NCBI GenBank assembly: GCA_035248765.1
Contig: DATFHC010000176.1
Span: forward strand, 1,245 to 65,244
Origin: Gaiellaceae bacterium
Lineage (GTDB): Bacteria; Actinomycetota; Thermoleophilia; Gaiellales; Gaiellaceae
Direction of reading: 5' to 3'
Length of the DNA stretch: 64,000 bases
The position numbers and the translations under genes are program-made. The notes under the pieces were generated by a model, which had not been told where the DNA came from, did no database searches, and saw nothing but the letters and a program-made list of their open reading frames with translations. Below are positions 49,281-59,316 of the stretch, piece after piece (within the stretch, counting starts at the first letter, position 1; each line of letters begins with the position of its first letter).

Positions 49281-50693
49281 GTGAAGAAGCTGCGGCTGGC
49301 GCTCCCCGCCGCGGTGGCGGTTGCACTCGTTGCGACCTCCTCCGCTGCGGCCTTCACGCCGACCAACACCTATTACACGAAGCAGTGGTACCTGGCTCAG
49401 GACCAGGCCTTCGACGCCTGGCCCACGGGGCCGCCGACCCTCCAGCCGGTCAAGGTCGCTCTCATCGACTCGGGCGTCGACTGCGCCCTCCCGGACTTCG
49501 CAAACCAGATCGCCGCGAAGAAGAGCTTCGTCGGCGGCGACCCCTGCATGGACTCTCAAGGGCACGGGACGATCGTGGCCGGCGAGATTGCCGGGGCGCT
49601 GGACGCGGCAGGCGTCGTCGGCCTCGCCTATCGATCCCAGCTCGTCGTAGCCAAGGTGGTCGCCCCCGACGGCACCATTCCGCTCCAGGCCGAGGCGGAC
49701 GCCATCCGCTGGGCCGTGCAGCAGGGGGCACGCGTCATCAACATGAGCTTCGGCGCCGTTCGAGACCCGGCGAGCCCCGCCCTCGACACGTACTCGAAGG
49801 TCGAGGCGCAGGCCGTGGCCTACGCGGTGAAGCACAAGGCGATCGTGGTTGCCGCCGTCGGGAACTCCGACGAGGCGTACGCGACTCCGTGGCCGTATGC
49901 CAGCTGGCCGGCGGCGCTCCCGCACGTGATCGGTGTCGGTGCGCTGAGCCGCTCGGGCGGCGTGCCGGACTTCTCGGACCAGGATCAAACCTACGTCGAC
50001 CTCGCTGCGCCCGGAGTCGGCATCTTCTCCACCTTCCCGAGGGTGCTGACCGCCGCGCAGGCGAGCTGCACACCGCAGGGCTACACCGATTGCGCCAAGG
50101 GCGACTACCACAGTCCCGAAGGCACCTCGTTTGCGGCGCCGCAGGTGTCGGCTGCCGCGGCCGTGCTCCTGGGCCTGAACCCGGCGCTCAGTCCCAGTCA
50201 GGTGACGACGATCCTCGAGCGCAACACAGACGACGTCGGGCCGGCAGCTATTTGCGGTGGTGACCCGTGTCCGAGCGGCCGGGACAAGTTCAGCGGGTGG
50301 GGCAGTCTCGACGTTCAGAAGGCGGTCGCCGCTCTCGATTCTGGCGTGCTGCCACCGTCCGACCACTTCGAGCCCAACGACAGCGTTTCGCAGGCGTACC
50401 GGCTTACAGGCCCTCGGCCTGTCGCGGGCGCCACGCTCGACTACTGGGACGATCCGGTGGATGTCTACCGCGTGAAGCTTGCGCGCGGGCAGCGGCTGCT
50501 GGCGCGGGTGCGTTCCCGGCCGACGGTCAGTGTGGTCCTCCGCGGCGATGCGAAAGCGCCGCTCGCGCACACCGGGCCGGGGCAGGCACTGCACCTCGCG
50601 TACCGAGTGCCCAGGACCGGCTGGTACTACGTCGAGCTGCACACCGTGGTCGGCGCGGGCCGCTACACGCTGCGGCTCAACGAAAGCTCGTAG
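49281..50693 (+). CDS. S8 family (subtilisin-like) serine peptidase, secreted
   Basis: 470 aa from the GTG at 49281, preceded by GAGAGG. Signal peptide present. Catalytic triad contexts IDSGVD, HGTIVAG and GTSFAAP. Confidence 0.88.
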   Translation: MKKLRLALPAAVAVALVATSSAAAFTPTNTYYTKQWYLAQDQAFDAWPTGPPTLQPVKVALIDSGVDCALPDFANQIAAKKSFVGGDPCMDSQGHGTIVAGEIAGALDAAGVVGLAYRSQLVVAKVVAPDGTIPLQAEADAIRWAVQQGARVINMSFGAVRDPASPALDTYSKVEAQAVAYAVKHKAIVVAAVGNSDEAYATPWPYASWPAALPHVIGVGALSRSGGVPDFSDQDQTYVDLAAPGVGIFSTFPRVLTAAQASCTPQGYTDCAKGDYHSPEGTSFAAPQVSAAAAVLLGLNPALSPSQVTTILERNTDDVGPAAICGGDPCPSGRDKFSGWGSLDVQKAVAALDSGVLPPSDHFEPNDSVSQAYRLTGPRPVAGATLDYWDDPVDVYRVKLARGQRLLARVRSRPTVSVVLRGDAKAPLAHTGPGQALHLAYRVPRTGWYYVELHTVVGAGRYTLRLNESS

Positions 50694-50697
50694 CCGA

Positions 50698-51345
50698 CTA
50701 CTGGTTCTCGAGCAGCTCGTCCTCGGCGACGGGCCGCATCACGCGCGCCGGGCTGCCGACGACGACCATTCGCGCCTCGACGTCCTTTGTCACGACGGCG
50801 CCCGCTCCGACGAACGCCTCCTCGCCGATCTCGATGCCCGGGAGGAGGATCGCGCCGCCGCCGATTCGCGCGCCGCGGCGGATGGTCGGGCCCCTGCGCA
50901 GCTGGTGCCGTCGCTCCGTACGGCCCATGAAGTTGTCGTTCGTCGTGACGACGCAGGGTGCGATGAAGACGTGCGCCTCGAGCGTCGAGTACGCCGTGAT
51001 GTACGCGTCGGCCTGGATCTTCGACATCGCCCCGATCGACGTGTCGTTCTCGACGAGCGAACCACGCCCGATCACGACGTCGTCGCCGATCGAGACGCGT
51101 TCGCGCACGCACGACTGGTCGCCGAGGATCACGCGCGCGCCGACCTGAGCGCCGGCGAAGACGACCGCGCCGGTGGAGACGACTGTCCCGTCGCCGAGCT
51201 GCGCCGGCGGCAGCTCTGTCGGCTTCGCGGTCGAGCGCGGCGAAAGCGACGGCTGCTTGCCGACCACTGCGTACTCGAGCACTTTCACGCCCTCGCCGAG
51301 CACCGTCCCCGGGTAGACGATCGCGGTCTCGTGGATCTCAGCCAC
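50698..51345 (-). CDS. hexapeptide-repeat (left-handed beta-helix) N-acetyltransferase, WbpD-like
   Basis: 215 aa from the GTG at 51345, with an 8-nt overlap on the upstream gene. Repeated [LIV]G-x4 hexapeptides run throughout. Confidence 0.8.
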   Translation of the reverse strand: MAEIHETAIVYPGTVLGEGVKVLEYAVVGKQPSLSPRSTAKPTELPPAQLGDGTVVSTGAVVFAGAQVGARVILGDQSCVRERVSIGDDVVIGRGSLVENDTSIGAMSKIQADAYITAYSTLEAHVFIAPCVVTTNDNFMGRTERRHQLRRGPTIRRGARIGGGAILLPGIEIGEEAFVGAGAVVTKDVEARMVVVGSPARVMRPVAEDELLENQ

Positions 51346-52303
51346 GGAGCGACTCCGTGAGCAGCTCGAGCGCACGCACGACCTCGAGCCCGTCGTGCAT
51401 CTCGCGGCCGTCCCAGCCTTCCTCGACGAGCCGCAGGAAATGCTGGCACTCGAGCCGCAGCGGCTCGGCGGTCGAGACCTTCGGGCTGAAGACGTCGCCC
51501 GTTCGCGTCTGCCACTCGCCGTAGGCGTGGGCCGGTTGCTCGGGGGCCTTGTCGTAGACAGTGATCTTCCGGTCGAGATCCATGTCGTCGAACACGGCCA
51601 TCTTGTCGCGCCCCACGACGGTGAGCCGCCGCATCTTGTGCGGGTCGAGCCACGAGAGGTGCATGTGCGCGATCTTCCCCGAGCCGAAGCGGAGGTAGCA
51701 GAAGACGATGTCCTCGACGCCCTCGTTGAGGAAGGCGTGGCCGTGCGCGGCCGCTTCCACGATCTCCTCCTGGATCAGGTACAGGATGACCGAGAGGTCG
51801 TGGACGCCGAGCGACCACAGCGCGTTCTCGTCCTTGCGGATCTTGCCGAGGTTCTGGCGGTTCCCGTAGACGACGAGCACCTCGCCGAGCTCGCCCGCGT
51901 CGACGAGCTCCTTCAACTTCTGTACGCCCGGGTGGTAGAGGAGGAGATGGCCGGGCATGAGGACGAGCCCGTGCGCCTCGGCGAGGCCGATCAGCTCCTC
52001 CATCTCTGCGACGCGCATCGCAGGCGGCTTCTCGACGAAGACGTGCTTGCCGGCCTCGAGCGCCGATTTGGCGAGCGGGTAGTGCGTCGGCACCAGCGTC
52101 GCGATCACTACGGCGTCGATGTCGGACGCGATCATCTCCGCGAACTCGCCGGTCACCCGCGCGTTCGGGTAGCGGCGGGCGAACTCCTCCCGCAGCCCCT
52201 CGTTCGCGTCGCAGAGCCATCCGAGATCGGCTTCGTCGTCGAAGACACGCGCGAGGTTCCGGCCCCAGTAGCCCAGCCCGACCTGTCCGACCCTGAGCGT
52301 CAC
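51338..52303 (-). CDS. Gfo/Idh/MocA-family NAD-dependent sugar oxidoreductase, WbpB-like
   Basis: 321 aa. N-terminal Rossmann motif VGQVGLGYWG and the EKP motif (VFVEKPPA). Confidence 0.82.
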   Translation of the reverse strand: MTLRVGQVGLGYWGRNLARVFDDEADLGWLCDANEGLREEFARRYPNARVTGEFAEMIASDIDAVVIATLVPTHYPLAKSALEAGKHVFVEKPPAMRVAEMEELIGLAEAHGLVLMPGHLLLYHPGVQKLKELVDAGELGEVLVVYGNRQNLGKIRKDENALWSLGVHDLSVILYLIQEEIVEAAAHGHAFLNEGVEDIVFCYLRFGSGKIAHMHLSWLDPHKMRRLTVVGRDKMAVFDDMDLDRKITVYDKAPEQPAHAYGEWQTRTGDVFSPKVSTAEPLRLECQHFLRLVEEGWDGREMHDGLEVVRALELLTESLRG

Positions 52304-53574
52304 AGCTTGAACACGTGCTCGGCGGCCGTGCCCTTCACGCCGGTCGCGTTGCGGAGGTCGACGACGAGCGACGCCTCGTCCACCAGCTGGTCGTAGTCGA
52401 GCGAGGAGTGGTCGGTGACGATGACGACGCAGTCATATTCCTTCGGTTCATAGGGAACCGCCGAGAGCTCGACGCCCTCCTCGTGGATGCGCGGCACGTG
52501 CGGGTCGTGGTAGGAGACGTCCGCGCCGGCGTTCTGCAGCAGCGAGATGAGCTTGAGCGCGGGCGACTCGCGCAGGTCGCCGATGTCAGGCTTGTAGGAG
52601 ACCCCGAGGACGAGGATCTTCGAGCCCTTCATCGCGCGCTGCGCGTGGTGGTTTAGCGCCTGCGAGACGAGCGAGCGGCAGAAGTACGGCATCTCCTCGT
52701 TGACCTTGCCGGCGAGCTCGATGAACTCCGTGTAGAAGCCGAATTCGCGCGCCTTCCAGGTCAGGTAGAAGGGGTCGACGGGGATGCAGTGGCCGCCGAG
52801 GCCGGGCCCCGGGCTGAAGCGCATGTAGCCGAACGGCTTCGTCGCGGCCGCGTCGACGACCTCCCAGATGTCGATCCCCATCCGGTCGCAGAGGATCGCG
52901 AGCTCGTTGACGAGCGCGATGTTGACCGAGCGGAAGATATTCTCGAGCAGCTTTGTGAGCTCGGCCGCCTCGGGGCTCGAAAGCTCGTGGACGGTGTCGA
53001 TGGCCTTGCGGTAGACCTCGGTCGCGCGGCGACTGCACTCGGGTGTGATTCCCCCGAGCACCTTCGGCGTCGTCTTCGTCGTCCAGTCCTCGCGGCCGGG
53101 ATCGACGCGCTCCGGCGACATGGCGAGGAAGAAGCCCTCGCCGGCCTTGAGGCCGCTCCCCGCTTCGAGGATCGGCTGCAGCACCTCCCGCGTGGTGCCT
53201 GGCCACGTCGTCGACTCGAGCACGACGACCTGGCCTTCGCGGAGCACTTCCCCGAGTCGGCGGGCGGCGCTCTCCACGATCGAGAGGTCCGGCTCGCGCT
53301 GGCGCGAGAGCGGCGTCGGCAGAGCGATCAGGATCGCGTCGGCGTCCCGTAGCTCCGCGTAGTCCGTCGTCGCGTGGATGAGCCCACGCTCGACGAGCTG
53401 AGCGAGCCGCTCGCTCGGGATGTCGGGGATGTGGGACTCGCCTCGGTTGAGCGCCTCGACGACGTCCTCGACCACGTCGACGAGGAGAACATGGCAGTCC
53501 GCCTCTGCGAACGTGGCTGCGAGCGGAACGCCGACGTAGCCGGCGCCGACTACGGCGACGTCGTACTCAGCCAT
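52300..53574 (-). CDS. UDP-N-acetyl-D-hexosamine 6-dehydrogenase (WecC/WbpA family)
   Basis: 424 aa from the ATG at 53574 (MAEYDVAVVGAGYVGVP). Catalytic Cys context GLGGHCIPVDP. Confidence 0.85.
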   Translation of the reverse strand: MAEYDVAVVGAGYVGVPLAATFAEADCHVLLVDVVEDVVEALNRGESHIPDIPSERLAQLVERGLIHATTDYAELRDADAILIALPTPLSRQREPDLSIVESAARRLGEVLREGQVVVLESTTWPGTTREVLQPILEAGSGLKAGEGFFLAMSPERVDPGREDWTTKTTPKVLGGITPECSRRATEVYRKAIDTVHELSSPEAAELTKLLENIFRSVNIALVNELAILCDRMGIDIWEVVDAAATKPFGYMRFSPGPGLGGHCIPVDPFYLTWKAREFGFYTEFIELAGKVNEEMPYFCRSLVSQALNHHAQRAMKGSKILVLGVSYKPDIGDLRESPALKLISLLQNAGADVSYHDPHVPRIHEEGVELSAVPYEPKEYDCVVIVTDHSSLDYDQLVDEASLVVDLRNATGVKGTAAEHVFKL

Positions 53575-54598
53575 GCGCGGCAAGGCTAGCTGCGACCCGT
53601 TCCGCAGCGTGACCGTCACCGTAGAGCGGCGGCGCGTCGGTCGGGAACTCCGCGTTCGCGAGCGTCGCGGCAAGCCCGCGGGGATCCGCTGGGTCGACGA
53701 GCGTGTTCGCGCCGAGGCGAACGGTGTCGACCCACTCCGTGCTCGGTCGGAGCGTGATGCACGGGACGCCGAGCCAGTACGCCTCCTTCTGCAGCCCGCC
53801 CGAGTCGGTGACGACGCGCGAGGCGCCCGCAGCGAGTGCCAGCATCTTGAGGTAGCCGAGCGGTGCGACCGGCTGGAGGGCCGGCCCGAGCTCGATGCCG
53901 TGCTCGTCGAGCGCGTGGCGCGTCCGCGGATGGACGGGGAAGACGAACGTCCAACCGGTCGCGTTCACCTCGTCGACGATCCGCCTGAGCTGCTCCGGCT
54001 CGGTGTTCGCGGCGCGGTGCAGCGTCAGCACGGCATACGGCTTCGCGTACGGCGGCGGGGTACGCATCGCGACCGGTAGGAAGAGGTCGAGCGCGTCGCG
54101 CATCACGTCGCCTACGACCTCGACGTGTCCGGGGACTCCCTCCGCGGCCAGCGTCTCGCGCGAGCCTTCGTCGGGGGGGAGAAGGAGCGCGGCCATGGCA
54201 TCGACCGCGATCCGGTTGTGCTCCTCCGGCATGGACAGGTCGCCGCTGCGCATGCCGGCCTCGACATGCGCGACCGGGACGCCGGCCTCGCCGGCGGCCT
54301 CCGCGCCCGCGAGAGTGGAGTTGGTGTCGCCGTACACGAGCGTCCAGTCGGGCCGCTCCTCTGCGAGCGCCGCGGCGACGGCCGGCCGCATCGCCTCGGC
54401 GTCGGCGGTGTGCAGGTCGAGCCGATGGCGTGGCTCGGGCAGTCCGAGCTCCTCGTAGAAGACGCCGGAGAGCTCGCGATCCCAGTGCTGCCCGGTGTGG
54501 ACGCCGACCTCCTCGATGCCGGCCTGGCGCAACGCGGCGCTGACGGGTCCGGACTTGATGAACTGCGGCCGGTTGCCGACGACGGATAGGACCTTCAC
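53567..54598 (-). CDS. wecB: UDP-N-acetylglucosamine 2-epimerase (non-hydrolysing)
   Basis: 343 aa. Motifs GNRPQFIK, HTGQHWD, GDTNSTLAG and TDSGGLQKEA. Confidence 0.9.
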   Translation of the reverse strand: MKVLSVVGNRPQFIKSGPVSAALRQAGIEEVGVHTGQHWDRELSGVFYEELGLPEPRHRLDLHTADAEAMRPAVAAALAEERPDWTLVYGDTNSTLAGAEAAGEAGVPVAHVEAGMRSGDLSMPEEHNRIAVDAMAALLLPPDEGSRETLAAEGVPGHVEVVGDVMRDALDLFLPVAMRTPPPYAKPYAVLTLHRAANTEPEQLRRIVDEVNATGWTFVFPVHPRTRHALDEHGIELGPALQPVAPLGYLKMLALAAGASRVVTDSGGLQKEAYWLGVPCITLRPSTEWVDTVRLGANTLVDPADPRGLAATLANAEFPTDAPPLYGDGHAAERVAASLAAHG

Positions 54599-54609
54599 CG
54601 GAGCGAGGC

Positions 54610-54615
54610 TACAAT
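54610..54615 (+). promoter_or_regulatory. candidate -10 (TACAAT) for tRNA-Lys
   Basis: TACAAT lies 25 nt upstream of the mature tRNA 5' end. A weak TAGGAC sits 17 nt further upstream. Confidence 0.3.
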
Positions 54616-54640
54616 GGCCCGCCGCTCTGTTCGATTATTG

Positions 54641-54713
54641 GGGCCGTTAGCTCAGCTGGTAGAGCAGGGGACTCTTAATCCCAAGGTCGCAGGTTCGATC
54701 CCTGCACGGCCCA
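54641..54713 (+). tRNA. tRNA-Lys (anticodon CUU)
   Basis: I folded the cloverleaf by hand. Acceptor GGGCCGT/ACGGCCC; D arm GCTC-AGCTGGTA-GAGC; anticodon loop CTCTTAA; T arm GCAGG-TTCGATC-CCTGC; discriminator A. CCA is not encoded. Confidence 0.93.
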
Positions 54714-54729
54714 TCACCACGAGATACCT

Positions 54730-55200
54730 CTAGTTGGCCTTGTCGTCGGCGAGCTCGTCGAACATGTCGCGCACGCGTTCGAGGACGGCTGCGGTGATGA
54801 GGAGATCGTCCGCGCTGAATTCCTGCAGAGCCGCTCGCCAGCGCGGCTCGTAGCGGGCTCGGCGCTCGTCGATCAGGGCCTGGCCGCGGTCCGTGAGCGA
54901 GCTGAGCACGACGCGCTTGTCCTCGGTCGAGCGCGTCCGGTCCACCAGGCCGGTTGCCGCCAGCGCGTCGAGCATCTCGGCTGCGGTTGCCGAGGAGACG
55001 TCGGCGGCGAGCGCCAGTTCGCGCAGCGAGCGGGGGACGCCGTCGTAGAGCGCGAACAGCAAGCCGTACTGCGCGTAGCTGAGCTCGCCAGGACGGTGGG
55101 TTTCGCGTCCGCGCAACCGGCGGAGCGCCGCGTTTGCCGCCTTGAAGGCTTTCCCGAGCGTCTCCAGCGCCTCGCTCTGAGATGCGGTCCGGACGCTCAC
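54730..55200 (-). CDS. MarR-family transcriptional regulator
   Basis: 156 aa from the GTG at 55200 (GTGA overlap with the MFS stop). Winged-HTH region LRELALAADVSSATAAEMLDALAATGLVDRTRSTEDKRVV. Confidence 0.85.
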   Translation of the reverse strand: MSVRTASQSEALETLGKAFKAANAALRRLRGRETHRPGELSYAQYGLLFALYDGVPRSLRELALAADVSSATAAEMLDALAATGLVDRTRSTEDKRVVLSSLTDRGQALIDERRARYEPRWRAALQEFSADDLLITAAVLERVRDMFDELADDKAN

Positions 55201-56672
55201 GCGGCGGCAGTCTCCAGTGCGGCCTCGCGATCGCGGGCCGCATGCGGGCGTGCCGCGCGGGCGGCCCGCTCCGCCCGCAGCAACAAGACGGCCGGCACGA
55301 CCGCGACGGCGGTCAGCGCCGCCGACGCCCAGAACGCCGTGCCGTACGCCGATGCCGCGCCGGCGATCGTGTGCTTCCCCACGAGCGCGCGCTGGAGCAC
55401 GACCGCGAGCAACGCCGTGCCGAGCGATCCGCCCACCCGCTGCAGCACGTTCAGCTGCGGCGTCGCATCCGCCAGCTCGGAGCGCTCGAGCGCCGCGAAG
55501 GCAGCGGTCATGGCGGGCATGAAGGCGAAGCCGATTCCCATCCCGCGCACCAGCATCGCCACGCACAGCCAGGCGAGCGAGGTGTGCGCGCCGATCAACC
55601 CGAACGGGATCGTCGCAACCGTTGTCAGCACGACGCCGAAGAGCGCAAGCGGGCCGCCGCCCATCCGGTCGGTCAGCTTCCCCGCGAGCGGCATCACGAG
55701 AGCGGCTCCCAGGCCTTGCGGACCGACGAGGAGGCCGGTCGCGATCACACTCTCGTGCCGCACCTCCTGCCAGTAGAGAGGCATCAGGATCATGCCGCCG
55801 AACAGGGCCGCGCCCAGCAAGAACATCGCTCCCGACGCGGTCGAGAACGTCGGCCTCCGGTAGAGCCGCAGATTGAGCAACGGCTGCCGCGCCCGCAAGG
55901 CGTGCAACGCGAACAATGCGATCAGAGTCAGCCCGGCAAGAGAAGGAAGGATCACCTTGAGGGAGCCGAAGCTGCCGGTGGAGCCGACCTCCGCCAGTCC
56001 GTAGGTCAGCAGTGGCACACCGGTCACCATCAGCGCAAAGCCGCGGAAGTCGAGCGGCCGCGGCGACCCGGCTTCCGCGGCCGGCAGCACGCGCAGCGCG
56101 GCGAGAACCGCGACCACGCCGACCGGGACGTTCACGTAGAAGATCCACCGCCAGGAGACGCTCTCGAGGATCACGCCGCCGAGGGTCGGGCCGAGAATCG
56201 GGGCCAGCATCGCCGGCACCGCCACGATGCTCATCACCCGCCCCATCCGCTTCGGCCCGGCTGCGGACGCCATCATCATCTGTCCCAGGGGCAGGATCAT
56301 CCCGCCGCCCAGACCCTGGAGCACGCGGAAGAAGACGAGCTCGCCGATGCTGGTGGAGATGCCGCAGAGCATCGAGCCTGCGGTGAAGAGGACGAGCGAG
56401 AGCAGGTAGACCCGTTTGGCCCCGAACCGCTCGGCCACCCAGCCGCTGACCGGAATCACCGCAGCCAGCGCGAGCATGTAGCCGGTCACGACCCACTGGA
56501 TCTGGGCGATCGAGGAATGCAGGTCGCGACCGAGCGTGGCGAGAGCGACGTTCACGATCGTCGTGTCGAGGATCGACATGATCGAGCCCAACACCACGAC
56601 CGCGCTGATCCGCCAGACGTGCGACTCGATCGCAGAGCCAGACGTGCCGGTCACCACGATCTCCTTCGGCAC
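55197..56672 (-). CDS. MFS transporter, DHA2 (EmrB/QacA-like, ~14 TM)
   Basis: 491 aa. Motifs LDTTIVNVAL and GWVAERFGAKRVY, with about 14 hydrophobic segments. Confidence 0.88.
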   Translation of the reverse strand: MPKEIVVTGTSGSAIESHVWRISAVVVLGSIMSILDTTIVNVALATLGRDLHSSIAQIQWVVTGYMLALAAVIPVSGWVAERFGAKRVYLLSLVLFTAGSMLCGISTSIGELVFFRVLQGLGGGMILPLGQMMMASAAGPKRMGRVMSIVAVPAMLAPILGPTLGGVILESVSWRWIFYVNVPVGVVAVLAALRVLPAAEAGSPRPLDFRGFALMVTGVPLLTYGLAEVGSTGSFGSLKVILPSLAGLTLIALFALHALRARQPLLNLRLYRRPTFSTASGAMFLLGAALFGGMILMPLYWQEVRHESVIATGLLVGPQGLGAALVMPLAGKLTDRMGGGPLALFGVVLTTVATIPFGLIGAHTSLAWLCVAMLVRGMGIGFAFMPAMTAAFAALERSELADATPQLNVLQRVGGSLGTALLAVVLQRALVGKHTIAGAASAYGTAFWASAALTAVAVVPAVLLLRAERAARAARPHAARDREAALETAAA

Positions 56673-56711
56673 CGAATCATTAGGAACCGAAGTATAGAGG
56701 CCCTCGGTGCT

Positions 56712-57500
56712 TCAGAACGTCTCGAGCGCTGCCGAGCGCCTGCCGCTGTATTCGAGGACGCGGAGCATGCCGATGCCGACGAGGAAGTAGACGGCGCCGA
56801 CGAGGGCTTCGGTGAGCAGGAGATGCTTGGCGCTGGAGACTGATCCGCCGGCGGCGAGGATCCGGCCGGCGGCGATTCCGTGAGTGAGCGGGATGACGCT
56901 GCCGAGGTCGCGGATCGCGGTCGGGAGACGGTCGAGGGGGACGTTGGCGCCGGAGACGAGCAACATCGAGCCTCCGACGACGTCGGCGAAGAGGGAGACG
57001 CTGCGGCCGCGGAGGCCGAGCGAGCCCAGGCACATGCCGAGGCTCGTGCAGGCGAACGAGGAGACGAGTCCCGCGAGCGCAAGGCCGGCCAGCTCTCCGG
57101 TACCGAAGTGGGTTCCGAGGATCACGCTGCAGATCGCGAACGCGAAGGCCGCGGTCACGAGGCCCGTGAGGATCGAGGGGACGGCACGCCCGAGGAAGAG
57201 CGCGAAGCGGTTCGCAGGCGAGGCAAGCAATGTCGCGAGCGTCTGGGAGCGCCGCTCGCCGCCGATCGCCTGGCCCATCCCGAAGAAGCCGGTCACGGCA
57301 ATCGACATGAAGGCATTCCCGATCAGGAAGAACTTGTCCGACTGCACGTTCGCGAAGCGCCCGAGATAGGCAAAGAAGAGGATCTCGAAGATCGGATAGC
57401 CGAGCATGTGAGGCAGGTAGACCCAGGGGTTGACCCAGTTGAACAGCGCTCGATAGCTGGTCAGGCCGCCGACGAGGAATATGCGGACGGTGTTCCTCAC
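56712..57500 (-). CDS. ABC-2 type exporter permease
   Basis: 262 aa from the GTG at 57500 (GTGA overlap). Six hydrophobic segments. Confidence 0.8.
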   Translation of the reverse strand: MRNTVRIFLVGGLTSYRALFNWVNPWVYLPHMLGYPIFEILFFAYLGRFANVQSDKFFLIGNAFMSIAVTGFFGMGQAIGGERRSQTLATLLASPANRFALFLGRAVPSILTGLVTAAFAFAICSVILGTHFGTGELAGLALAGLVSSFACTSLGMCLGSLGLRGRSVSLFADVVGGSMLLVSGANVPLDRLPTAIRDLGSVIPLTHGIAAGRILAAGGSVSSAKHLLLTEALVGAVYFLVGIGMLRVLEYSGRRSAALETF

Positions 57501-58261
57501 GTCAGCTTCAGCGAGCCGGTGGAGCGGGCCACACGAACGAAGAGCCGAAGGAAGATCGTTCCCGCGAAGACGTACGCAATGCTGACGACGAGGCACATCC
57601 CCATCTGAGACCACGGGTGGCCGCCGAGCGCGGCCTGACGAACGGCCCGGAAGCCCCAGTAGGGGCCGAGAAACCAACCGATCTTGGCGACAAACGCCGG
57701 CAACACCGATAGTGGGACGAGCAACCCGGTCGCAATCCAGACCGGATACTGGAGCCCGATCCCCAGACTGAAGGCAGCGCGGTAGAGGACGAAGGTCGAC
57801 GCCATCACGAGCCCGAGCGTCCCGATCGCGAGGACGCAGCTGAGGATGGCGAGCGCGAAGGCGAGCGGGTCGTCGATCGCGATCGGCACATGGAACAGCA
57901 GCCGGCCCCACAGGAGTGTGGCGACGAAGCCGTAGGCCCCGACGAATCCGCTGGCGACCGTGATCGAGGAGATCGCTGCGGCAAGTGGCGCGGGCGCCGC
58001 GACGAGAAGCTCGAGCGTGCCGAGCCAGCGCTGGTTCTCGAGCGCGTTCGAGGAGCCGATCACGACCAGCGACCACATCAGCATTACCGCTGCTCCCAGC
58101 GAGGCGGCAAGCATCAGCTTCGGGTCGTCCTTCGAGCGCAGCAGGTAATAGGCGATCGAGGCGTAGAGGATCGGCCAGAGAAAGACCCCGGTCAGGTCGA
58201 ACGGATTGCGGGAGAACTGGAGCACATGGATGCGCATCCCGCTCAGGAAGGGGCGGATCAC
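57497..58261 (-). CDS. ABC-2 type exporter permease
   Basis: 254 aa. Six hydrophobic segments. There is a 4-nt overlap with the ATPase gene. Confidence 0.8.
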   Translation of the reverse strand: MIRPFLSGMRIHVLQFSRNPFDLTGVFLWPILYASIAYYLLRSKDDPKLMLAASLGAAVMLMWSLVVIGSSNALENQRWLGTLELLVAAPAPLAAAISSITVASGFVGAYGFVATLLWGRLLFHVPIAIDDPLAFALAILSCVLAIGTLGLVMASTFVLYRAAFSLGIGLQYPVWIATGLLVPLSVLPAFVAKIGWFLGPYWGFRAVRQAALGGHPWSQMGMCLVVSIAYVFAGTIFLRLFVRVARSTGSLKLT

Positions 58262-59226
58262 GGGACCTGCACCAGCTCGACGTAGGCGTCCTCGAGCGTC
58301 GGCTCGCGCGTGATCACGCGGCCGACGTTGGTGCCGTCCAGCTCGCGCAGCAGACGCTGCACCAGTTCCGCCCCGGTGCGCGACTGCACGAGCACCAGCA
58401 CCGCCTGCTCGCGCGTCTCGGTCGCCACCGAGGCGACCCCTTCGACTCGCCGCAACCGCTCCAGCACCGCCTCCTCGATCCCGAACGTCTCGACCTCCAC
58501 GACCGTCCGGTCACCAACGCGCGCCTTCAGCTCGCTCGGAGTCCCCGATGCCGCCAGCTTTCCCTCCGCGATCACGGCGATCCGTTGGCACAACTCGTCC
58601 GCTTCGTACATGTAGTGCGTCGTCAGGAGAATCGTTTTTCCCTGCGTTCGCAGGCCGGCGATCGTCTCGCGAACCTCCCGTGCCCCGACTGGATCGAGAC
58701 CGATCGTCGGCTCGTCCAGGAACAGGATCTCCGGATCGTGCAGCAGCCCGCGCGCAATGTGGAGTCGCTGCCGCATCCCTCGGGAATAGGTCTCGACCCG
58801 CTCTCGCTCGCGGCCGGTCAAACCGACCAGCTCGAGCAGCTCCGCGATCCGAGCCCGCTTCGCCCGTACCGGCACCCGATACAGATCCGCGAAGTAGCGC
58901 AGATTGTCCAGCGCCGACAGCCGGTCGTACATGCCGCGGTCACCGCCGAAGACATGACCGATCCGCGGCCGGACCTTTGCCGGCTCGCGCGCCGGATCGA
59001 AGCCGAGCACCCGCGCCGAGCCGGCGCTTGGCAACAAGAGCGTCGTGAGGATCTTGATCGTCGTCGTCTTGCCGGCACCGTTCGGCCCCAGCAGTCCGAA
59101 CAACTCGCCACGATCGACCTCGAAGCTGATTCCCCGCAGCGCCTCGACCTCGCTCCGCCGCTGACGCATCATCCCCTTGCGCGATCGATACGTCCGGCAC
59201 AGCCCCTCGACCTCGATCACCGCCAC
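58258..59226 (-). CDS. ABC transporter ATP-binding protein (DrrA-like)
   Basis: 322 aa. Walker [10 protein letters not shown], signature YSRGMRQRL, Walker B ILFLDEPT. Confidence 0.9.
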   Translation of the reverse strand: MAVIEVEGLCRTYRSRKGMMRQRRSEVEALRGISFEVDRGELFGLLGPNGAGKTTTIKILTTLLLPSAGSARVLGFDPAREPAKVRPRIGHVFGGDRGMYDRLSALDNLRYFADLYRVPVRAKRARIAELLELVGLTGRERERVETYSRGMRQRLHIARGLLHDPEILFLDEPTIGLDPVGAREVRETIAGLRTQGKTILLTTHYMYEADELCQRIAVIAEGKLAASGTPSELKARVGDRTVVEVETFGIEEAVLERLRRVEGVASVATETREQAVLVLVQSRTGAELVQRLLRELDGTNVGRVITREPTLEDAYVELVQVP

Positions 59227-59316
59227 CGGCGCAACCTAGCGAGCCGATCGCCGGGTTGCCCGCGCGGCATCGAGGCGGCAGAGTGCGTAACAGTCAGCGA
59301 CCGAAGGAGGCGTTCG

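Noticed and set aside
54641-59226. A genomic island integrated at tRNA-Lys (marR-MFS and an ABC-2 exporter lie downstream).
   Set aside because: I found no integrase, no direct repeat of the tRNA 3' end, and no visible drop in G+C or codon bias. The genes look native.
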